From assembly GCA_030390025.1 (NCBI GenBank), contig CM059432.1, forward strand, positions 88,786,001 through 88,850,000: a stretch of 64,000 bases of DNA, read 5' to 3'. This document shows positions 62,962 through 64,000 of the stretch, piece after piece. The DNA comes from Squalus acanthias (lineage: Eukaryota). A program made the translations under genes and the position numbers. Position 1 is the first letter of the stretch. Each line of letters opens with the position of its first letter. The notes below the pieces were generated by a model. It had not been told where the DNA came from. It did not search any database and saw nothing but the letters and a program-made list of their open reading frames with translations.

Positions 62962-63038
62962 ATTGTTAATAGTGAGATATCCTGTGGGAGACGAAAATCT
63001 CTAAAGTGTCTTTGAATTAATTTGAAAATACTGTATCA

Positions 63039-63492
63039 GTGAGGACTTCCTTTACACTTACCTCCTGGATCCAGCATTCCTACCTCACCCACCCCCATGA
63101 TGCCTCCGCTCCCTTCCCTTCCCCCACCCCCCACCGGTGGGGAGGCGGGGGTGGTTAGAGGCATCGTGGGGGTGGGTGAGGCAGGAGTGCTGGATCCAGG
63201 AGGTAAGTGTAAAGGAAGTCCCCACCTTACTTCAGCTAGTGGGTTCTCCAAAGCCTGAGCCTGAGACACCGACCAGCCACAGTTAAATTTGAAATGCTGG
63301 TTAAATCTGAGGTACGTCAGCCTCATTATAATATTTAAATGAGCGACTTGCCTCCTGGGAGCGGGTTGGCCGCCTGCCCCCCGTCCACCTCCGTTAAAAC
63401 CGGAAGTAGGCGGGTTGGGGTCGGGATTCAGTTTTTTTAACACTTTAACCTCCCACCCAACCCCCCCGTTTTTGGGGTTAAAATTACCCCCC
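63039..63492. mobile_element. Truncated Harbinger MITE with fold-back at its broken end
   Basis: The right arm is homologous to 33290-33455 and ends in aaaattacccc. 63039-63106 inverts 63158-63225. Confidence 0.65.
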
Positions 63493-63659
63493 TAGAGTGT
63501 GTAGTGGGGAGGTGCAATGGGCTAACAGGGAATATGAAAGAAGGCTAGCAGATAATATAAAATAAAATAGTAAGGGGTATTATAAGTAAATAAAAAGTAA
63601 AATAGGTGTCAGCCATGGCTCAGTGGTAGCACTCTCGCCTCTGAGTTAGAAAGTTGTGG

Positions 63660-64000
63660 GATTATGGTGGGGATTGGAGAATTGCTGATACAAGTCCCAT
63701 TTGAAGAAGAAAGAGGAAAATAAAATGGGTAACTATAGGCCAGTTAGTCTCACCTCAAACTCTGAGAATCCATAATTCAAAATCAAATTGATGAGCATTT
63801 AGAAATGCATAGGTTAATCAAAGACAGTTTGGGGTGCCCCACTGACACCCCACTGTAACTTGTGGGGTACCGCAAGGATCAGTGTTTGGGCCTCGGCTAT
63901 TTACAATCGATATTAATGACTTAGATGAAGGGACCGAGTGCAATGTATCCAAATTTGCTGATGATACAAAGCTAGGTGGGAAAGTAAGCTGAGAGGAGGA
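63660..64000 (+). mobile_element. Fragmented CR1 RT, preceded by a SINE head at ~63608-63660
   Basis: [20 protein letters not shown] and [10 protein letters not shown] motifs. Confidence 0.8.

Overview
This is a repeat-saturated vertebrate window, most likely from a cartilaginous fish, judging by HE1-like and DeuSINE SINEs, CR1 tails and shark-type Penelope pLTRs. I could not support any host protein-coding exon, RNA gene or CRISPR array. It contains at least four two-gene PIF/Harbinger transposons (intron-containing Myb/SANT gene convergent with a HARBI1-type DDE transposase), one of them near-intact at 48105-52323, plus many Harbinger MITEs. There are five solo LTRs, four with exact 4-bp TSDs, and a 5'-truncated Penelope element with an open RT+GIY-YIG ORF. 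Three minimal hammerhead ribozyme motifs are present, along with CR1, L2 and RTE fragments, often deeply nested. The most notable signal is absent from the ORF track: ~58430-61015 reads on + as a heavily decayed but collinear hepadnavirus-like genome (polymerase TP-RT-RNase H motifs, then core motifs), split by a LINE fragment. This candidate endogenous hepatitis-B-like viral element was identified by manual translation against motifs recalled from memory and needs an HMM/tBLASTn check.
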